DNA of 63,942 nucleotides, filler included, from an uncultured Ignavibacteriales bacterium (GTDB lineage Bacteria > Zixibacteria > MSB-5A5 > GN15 > JAAZOE01): the NCBI GenBank assembly GCA_964611355.1. It is 3 parts of 3 records of this genome, joined end to end, with 100 filler letters (N's around TTAATTAATTAA, not from the genome) between each part and the next. Parts side by side here need not be neighbours in the genome. Positions count along the whole stretch, not along the records: positions 51,976 to 63,942 come from CAZSYD010000064.1; 2 more parts are not named here. The stretch is one strand, 5' to 3'. The notes beneath the pieces were generated by a model. It was not told the origin of the DNA. It saw nothing but the letters and a program-made list of their open reading frames with translations, and made no database searches. Positions within the stretch are counted from its first letter, which is position 1. Each line of letters opens with the position of its first letter. Of the stretch, positions 58,350 through 63,942 are shown in pieces. Both the position numbers and the translations under genes were made by a program.

Positions 58350-59090
58350 ATGTCGACTTACAACCGTTTCGCCTACGTATATGACAGGATGGGATCGGAT
58401 AATTTTTCGGTGCGTATGTTCGGTTACACGCAGAAGATCCTTTCCCGCTTGCGGTATCGTCCCCGGGCGGTTCTTGATCTGGCCTGCGGCACCGGCAGCG
58501 TCGCCGTGATGTGGGCCAAAAACAACCTCTCCGTATTTGGCGTCGACGGATCGACGCATATGCTGGAAATGGCCGGAAAAAAAGCGCGCAGGGAAAAGGT
58601 TAAGATAAAGTTTTCGCGGCAACCCCTGACGTCATTTTCCCTGCCGCAAAAGGTTGACCTGGCCACCTGTTATTTCGATTCGGTCAATTACCTTTTGACA
58701 ATAAATGATCTCGTCGATTGCTTTAGAGCGGTCAACCGGGTACTTTATCCGGGCGGCTATTTTATTTTTGATGCAAACACGCCAGAGGCCATGAAGGTAC
58801 TCTGGGGCTCTCAAACCTATGCCGACGAAACGGATGATATGGCCTGGATATGGAAAAACTGCTATTATCCAAAAGCCAAAAGAGCCGAAATAAAAGCGGC
58901 TTTTTTTGTCCGGAAAGGGAAAAACTGGGAACGTTTTGATGAAATCCATACCGAGCGCGGATACACAGTAACCGAAATTAAAAAGGCCTTAAAATCCGCT
59001 GATTTGAAGATTGTTCACATATATGAATGCTTGAAGTTTGCCAAACCCGACCGGAAAACCATGCGAATAGCGGTGGTTGCTCGGAAATGA
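58350..59090 (+). CDS. Class I SAM-dependent methyltransferase
   Basis: VLDLACGTG, DSVNYL, PGGYFIFD. Confidence 0.92.
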   Translation: MSTYNRFAYVYDRMGSDNFSVRMFGYTQKILSRLRYRPRAVLDLACGTGSVAVMWAKNNLSVFGVDGSTHMLEMAGKKARREKVKIKFSRQPLTSFSLPQKVDLATCYFDSVNYLLTINDLVDCFRAVNRVLYPGGYFIFDANTPEAMKVLWGSQTYADETDDMAWIWKNCYYPKAKRAEIKAAFFVRKGKNWERFDEIHTERGYTVTEIKKALKSADLKIVHIYECLKFAKPDRKTMRIAVVARK

Positions 59091-59156
59091 CCGGCTATAT
59101 TTGCGAGCAGGACTAATGTTTCGAACATATTTGAATTACTATCAACGAATATATAA

Positions 59157-61319
59157 ATGACAGACAGATCAGCTTCTTATCGGGCTTTGACGCTCACAGG
59201 CCGGCTTGTTTCATCGACCGGATTTATACTGGCGGCGGCAGCCGTCATTTCGTTCGTGGTTTACTGCCTGACCTGCTTTCCGACTATTACCTGGTGGAAA
59301 AGCGCAGTCTACAGCCTGACAGCCGCCGATCTTGGAGTTGCGCATCCTCCCGGTTCTCTTCTGACGACTATACTGGGCTGGATGGTTGCCAAACTGGCGG
59401 TTTGCGGTAACGTCGCTTTGGCTCTCAATCTCTTTTCCGGTCTTTTGGCGGCGCTTACGGCCGCCATGGTCATCGCTATCGCCGCCGGGCTTCCGCGGCA
59501 GATTGATGTTTCCTTCAGCGGAACCCGGGCGGTGCACACGGCGATATTGGTCGGAGCCGGCATCGGCGGGCTTACTCTGGCCTTCAGCCGAACCTTCTGG
59601 TTATATGCCACGAAATTTACACCGTATATGCTGACGGCCTTTTTTACCGGGCTTATCCTGGCGGCGATAATCGGCTGGTGGAACCAGGCTGAGAAAAGAA
59701 ACTCCCTCCGGTGGCTAATTCTGGTTACTTTTCTGTTTGGCCTTGATTTCAGCGTCCATCGAACCAACCTGCTGATGGCGCCGGGGTTTTTCATTCTTAT
59801 ACTTATGCGTCGGCCCGCCGCTTTGGCTTCGATTAAAACATGGCTGCTTGGTGCGCTTGGCCTGGCGGCCGGCTTGTCGTTTCATTTTCTTCTTATTCCG
59901 ATGGCGGCCGGCAACCCTTTCCTGAATTCCAACGATCCAGGCACATTATCCCGCTTTTGGAATTATGTTTCCCTGAAACAGTTCGGCGGCGGTTTTCTGG
60001 TAGACATCTTCCCGCGGAAAGCGCCCTTCTGGCGGGTTCAGGTTGCCGATTACCTGAAGGCGTTTTCCGTAAATCTATTTGGCTGGCAGGGTAAGCTTCC
60101 GTTTCTGGGACTTTTCCCCGCCATATTCGGCCTTTTGGGTCTGGGCGGTATCTGGCGCCGGAACCGGCGTTTTGCCGTCGGAATAGTAATTCTATTTGTG
60201 ACGACCAGCCTTGGAGCGATAATATACTTCAACGTCCCGGAAAATTTCTTCCGCTCAATGTATCGCCATTACCTGCCGTCATTTTTTATTTTTTCGGTTT
60301 GGATCGCCTGTGGCGTCGGTTCGGTTCTTCTATGGAGCATAAAGTTTTTCAGACGGCGTATATGGGTATCGTATGCTCTGGCGCTCCTGCTTCTTGTGGC
60401 GCTGCCGGGATATCAACTGGCGTCAAATTATAAATTAAGGGATGCTTCAAAGGACTACTTTGCTTATGACTACGCGCAGAATTTCTTCCTGACCCTGCCG
60501 GAAAACGCTATCCTGTTCACCTATGGCGACAACGACACCCATCCGCTCTGGTACCTCCAGGTCGCCGAAGAATTGCGAACCGATGTTACCGTCTTAAATG
60601 TGTCGCTTCTGAATACTTCCTGGTACGTCGGTCAGGTTATTGAAAGAGATATAAATCTGCCTCTGAAACTTGACGAGTCCGGCCTGAACGGCATCAGAAT
60701 GCGTCCATGGAGCGATACGACAATTGCTATCCCCGCCAAAATCGACCGGAGCGTTTTTCGAATTCCCGAAGATATTGAGATTCCCGATTCGGTCTTTCTG
60801 CGGGTTTCGCCCGATATCGCCGACAGGTTTCTGCTGCCGCAGCACCACGTAATGCTTGACATCATAAAGAATAATAATTGGCAAAGGCCGATTTACTTTT
60901 CAACGGGCGGTCACGGGCGGTTCCCGCCCTGGATAAGAGATTACCTCAGACCGGAAGGGCTGGCTTTCCGATTGATTCCTGTTCCGTCGCCGCCGGAAAA
61001 CATGGAGATTCTCAAGGAGAATCTGCTTGAACGGTATTCGTATCGCGGTTATGCCGATGATGATATTACTCCGGATGATGTGTCGCGACAAAACGGCTTT
61101 AATTATTTGTCCGGATTTCTAAAATTGGCTCAAACATCGCTGGAACGGGACGACACTGATGTATTTCAGCGGGTAAAAAAGAAAATCATAGAATTTCTTC
61201 CGCCTGATCGTCTGCGCCCCCTTCCTAATGGCCTGGAAAAGGCGGTTAAGCAGTTGCTTGAGGGAGGCGCGTCCGCTTCCGGCGATAAGCTGCAGGGTTT
61301 AACCGATCAGGGACAATGA
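59157..61319 (+). CDS. DUF2723 (TMEM260-like) membrane glycosyltransferase
   Basis: LGVAHPPG, TM bundle, FTYGDNDT-PLWY, R-DV...LLNT-WY. Confidence 0.85.
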   Translation: MTDRSASYRALTLTGRLVSSTGFILAAAAVISFVVYCLTCFPTITWWKSAVYSLTAADLGVAHPPGSLLTTILGWMVAKLAVCGNVALALNLFSGLLAALTAAMVIAIAAGLPRQIDVSFSGTRAVHTAILVGAGIGGLTLAFSRTFWLYATKFTPYMLTAFFTGLILAAIIGWWNQAEKRNSLRWLILVTFLFGLDFSVHRTNLLMAPGFFILILMRRPAALASIKTWLLGALGLAAGLSFHFLLIPMAAGNPFLNSNDPGTLSRFWNYVSLKQFGGGFLVDIFPRKAPFWRVQVADYLKAFSVNLFGWQGKLPFLGLFPAIFGLLGLGGIWRRNRRFAVGIVILFVTTSLGAIIYFNVPENFFRSMYRHYLPSFFIFSVWIACGVGSVLLWSIKFFRRRIWVSYALALLLLVALPGYQLASNYKLRDASKDYFAYDYAQNFFLTLPENAILFTYGDNDTHPLWYLQVAEELRTDVTVLNVSLLNTSWYVGQVIERDINLPLKLDESGLNGIRMRPWSDTTIAIPAKIDRSVFRIPEDIEIPDSVFLRVSPDIADRFLLPQHHVMLDIIKNNNWQRPIYFSTGGHGRFPPWIRDYLRPEGLAFRLIPVPSPPENMEILKENLLERYSYRGYADDDITPDDVSRQNGFNYLSGFLKLAQTSLERDDTDVFQRVKKKIIEFLPPDRLRPLPNGLEKAVKQLLEGGASASGDKLQGLTDQGQ

Positions 61320-62641
61320 AAGAATCTATTCTACTAAAGCATGCCGACCTCTTCGACTCGCTCCGGGGAGAACTGAAGCCCGATATTGACGTTTTTATTG
61401 AGGGTGGCGTAATCAAAGAAACAGGCAAAATCGATAAGACCGACTCAACCGACATAAAACAGATTGACTGTTCGGGCAAATATGTTCTGCCCGGTCTGTC
61501 TGAATGCCACGCTCATCTCGCCATCCTTACCAACCAGGATAATGAGGTAAGAGAGAAAATCCTGCAGGAATGTTCAATTGACGGCGAAGATACCGGCGAC
61601 GGGCTGGAAGGACAAGTGCTGGAAGCTTTCGTAAGGCGGGGAATAACCCAGATACGCGATGTCGGCGGCCCGGTCGAAACTCTCAAGAGTATAAAAGAAG
61701 ATATTTCGCGGGGCGATTATCCCGGGCCCGAGATATTTTATTCCGGCCCGATGCTCGAAAAAAGCCCTTTAACGGGTGAAGGGAATAACAAACGCTGGCC
61801 TGGATTTACCGTCGCGGTTGACACCCGACAGGACGCCGAAGATATTGTCCGCATGCTTTCAGACAAGGGGGCAAATCTTGTAAAGACCTTTTCCAAATTT
61901 GACCACGAAGTAATTAAGCATCTGATCGAAGCGGCCGGTAGAGTCAACCTTCCGGTTACGCATGATCCGGGACCGACGTTTTTCCATTCAATACCAATGG
62001 ATACAGGAATAGAGCTGGGAATCAAATGTTTCGAGCACGGCAAGTCACCCTGGTGCGTTGTCCTGAAGGACGACCTGAAAGCCGAACATGAGCGGTTGAA
62101 AAATGCTGAGCCGGAGATAAAACAGGTCTTTATTGACAAGATGCTGTCGATTGGAAAAAATTCAATTGATGTCGACAAGATGAGTTCGCTGGCGGAAAAG
62201 ATGAAAGCTAATGATGTTTTTTTCTGTCCCACCCTGCACGTTTTCAAAGACTACGTCGAGCGGCCGGAAGTTTACCGGGAAGAAGACACGGATAAGTACC
62301 GAGAGATTTTCAGGGTTCTATTTGAAGTAAGCCGGTTTATTACGGGTGAAATAGTCAAACACGGAGTCAAGATTCTTGTCGGTCAGGATGGGTGGAATCC
62401 CACTTTTACTTTGAATGAAATGATCCTGCTGAGCGAGATCGGCCTGTTGAGATCGGAAATAATTAAAGGCGCAACAATCTACCCGGCTCAATGGCTTGGT
62501 GTGGACGATCAACTTGGCTCTGTTTCACCCGGTAAACGGGCCAATATTCTTATACTCGATAAAAACCCGCTTGAAGATATTCGGAATATCGGGAATATCC
62601 ATACAGTTTTAATAAACGGGCGAATAGTATTTCAAAATTGA
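61316..62641 (+). CDS. Amidohydrolase family protein
   Basis: PGLSECHAH, EHG, GQD, G-V-PGKRA. Confidence 0.88.
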   Translation: MKESILLKHADLFDSLRGELKPDIDVFIEGGVIKETGKIDKTDSTDIKQIDCSGKYVLPGLSECHAHLAILTNQDNEVREKILQECSIDGEDTGDGLEGQVLEAFVRRGITQIRDVGGPVETLKSIKEDISRGDYPGPEIFYSGPMLEKSPLTGEGNNKRWPGFTVAVDTRQDAEDIVRMLSDKGANLVKTFSKFDHEVIKHLIEAAGRVNLPVTHDPGPTFFHSIPMDTGIELGIKCFEHGKSPWCVVLKDDLKAEHERLKNAEPEIKQVFIDKMLSIGKNSIDVDKMSSLAEKMKANDVFFCPTLHVFKDYVERPEVYREEDTDKYREIFRVLFEVSRFITGEIVKHGVKILVGQDGWNPTFTLNEMILLSEIGLLRSEIIKGATIYPAQWLGVDDQLGSVSPGKRANILILDKNPLEDIRNIGNIHTVLINGRIVFQN

Positions 62642-62758
62642 CCGTTTACGGCAGTTACTATCTAAAAAAACGTCGGCGAAAACTGCCGCAACCATATATT
62701 TCTTCCTTTTATTCAATAAGACACGTTCTTTGTTCACGACAAATTAACCGCTGCCTGC

Positions 62759-62953
62759 TCAGGTAAAACCGCCGGTCGAACAGGAAGATGATGATGATCT
62801 TTTGCCGGTGTTAGCGGCAAAAGTGGAGAAAAGCCTTTCGCAGCTTTCCGAGCCGCAGTGGGGGCAAAGCGGGGTTTTCTCGAGGACTGTCTTGCCGATC
62901 AGTTCTTCGAATTTCGTGTTGCAATCCCGGCATCTGTACTCATACAGCGGCAT
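62759..62953 (-). CDS. FmdB-family zinc-ribbon protein (possible Sec read-through to 62744)
   Basis: MPLYEYRCRDC...CPHCGS; ends GGFT-TGA-AGSG-TAA. Confidence 0.85.
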   Translation of the reverse strand: MPLYEYRCRDCNTKFEELIGKTVLEKTPLCPHCGSESCERLFSTFAANTGKRSSSSSCSTGGFT

Positions 62954-63014
62954 GCGATATTCCTCGCTGTTTATCCGTAGTGGCGGGGTCAAGACTATGT
63001 TCCAAATTCTTCTC

Positions 63015-63431
63015 CTATTCCTCCACAATCCTGTAACTGCTCGTAATCTCCACGTTCCCCGACATTGAAGCGCTGACCGAACAATATCTCTCCTCGGAAA
63101 GAGCAATCATCTTCTCCACTTTAGCCGGCTCAAGGTTTTTGCCGGTGAAGATATACTCTATGTGCGCTTTGGTGAAACTTCGCGGATGCTCGTCGCGCTG
63201 CTCAGCCTTAATATTTATTTTCAGTTTGTTGACCTCCTGGCGCATCTTTTGCGCAATGCAAATAACATCGATACCGGTGCAGCCGACCAGCGAAAAAAGG
63301 ACCAGTTCCATCGGCAGATAGCCGTCTTCATTGCCCCCGACTTTTTTTGCAGCATCAATCGATATTCTGTGCCCGAACCGGGAGGTTCCGCCAAATTTCA
63401 ATCCTCCCTGCCAGTCCATATTGATTTCCAA
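63015..63431 (-). CDS. OsmC family protein
   Basis: PMELVL...GCTGID...YCSV. Confidence 0.92.
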   Translation of the reverse strand: MEINMDWQGGLKFGGTSRFGHRISIDAAKKVGGNEDGYLPMELVLFSLVGCTGIDVICIAQKMRQEVNKLKINIKAEQRDEHPRSFTKAHIEYIFTGKNLEPAKVEKMIALSEERYCSVSASMSGNVEITSSYRIVEE

Positions 63432-63629
63432 TTTACAACCTCTTGTTTTGGCTTTTGTTTAGATGTTAATAACCTCAAAAAGACTAATAAGTTCAACGAT
63501 TTTTTAAAAATAGTTGGAAATTGGCGTGTAATAAAGAGGAAATAACCTGTCACAGCTTGAGAATAAATTCCGGTAATGCGGAATATCCTGACCGGTTTTC
63601 TTATTGGCCGCGAAAAAGCAGGGTGGCCG

Positions 63630-63717
63630 AAAAAAGAACCGGCCAGAGGGGACCCGGCCGGTCTTTCCGATATGGATGCGGTTTCACTATGTGCATCCGG
63701 GTATATTTTACCCTATC
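63630..63717 (-). ncRNA. Candidate three-hairpin small RNA
   Basis: TTGCCA-N16-TATATT promoter; three stems, the last followed by a U-tract. Confidence 0.45.
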
Positions 63718-63942
63718 ATAATTAATATATATCAAATATCAATTTTGGCAATAGTTTTATTCCAAATACCCAAAGGTTTTGTCCGTCGAACTGCCTCAAG
63801 TTAAATGTTACCGACCGGGGTACTATATGTCTCTTCGTTTTTTTAAAATATATCATTAGGGCATATATTGGAGATTTTCCCGCAAATTGATAATGTCCTA
63901 TTTAAGCAAAGTAGAAATATCCTGTTGAGAGGCTATAATACC

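Noticed and set aside
63640..63660. AGAGGGGACCC resembling a ydaO c-di-AMP riboswitch
   Set aside because: Other conserved ydaO elements are absent; better explained as a minus-strand terminator loop.
1..63942. CRISPR array, rRNA, transposase or prophage genes
   Set aside because: None seen in reading the window.

Overview
Mostly housekeeping chromosome from a diderm, LPS-making, probably anaerobic bacterium. The lpxC-fabZ fusion, short RpoD-type sigma and DUF1573/DUF2723 proteins suggest the FCB group, possibly Zixibacteria (inference only). The window is at least three contigs joined by artificial N/TTAATTAATTAA linkers (26203-26302, 51876-51975), plus a 100-N gap (53552-53651), so adjacency across those points is unreliable. 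Core content: a 2-oxoacid:ferredoxin oxidoreductase operon running into a NuoEFG/HydCBA-like module, murI/amidase/smpB, rlmN, guaA-nadB plus lipid A genes, aspS-phoH-HDIG-ybeY-corC, degP-sigma, ffs-dnaX-ybaB-recR, tmRNA, three tRNAs and a Ktr K+ transporter. Signals the ORF track misses: (1) an exported DUF1573 protein split by an in-frame UGA at a Cys position and followed by a SECIS-like hairpin, a likely selenoprotein, with a second candidate in the FmdB gene; (2) a stand-alone Myb-like helix-turn-helix protein with protamine-like Arg/Lys tails and a sigma28-like promoter; (3) two independently transcribed three-hairpin small RNA candidates with C-rich anti-Shine-Dalgarno-like loops; (4) a PhaR-phasin fusion with an internal in-frame start; (5) the edge of an element integrated at the tmRNA 3' end, carrying a kinase remnant.
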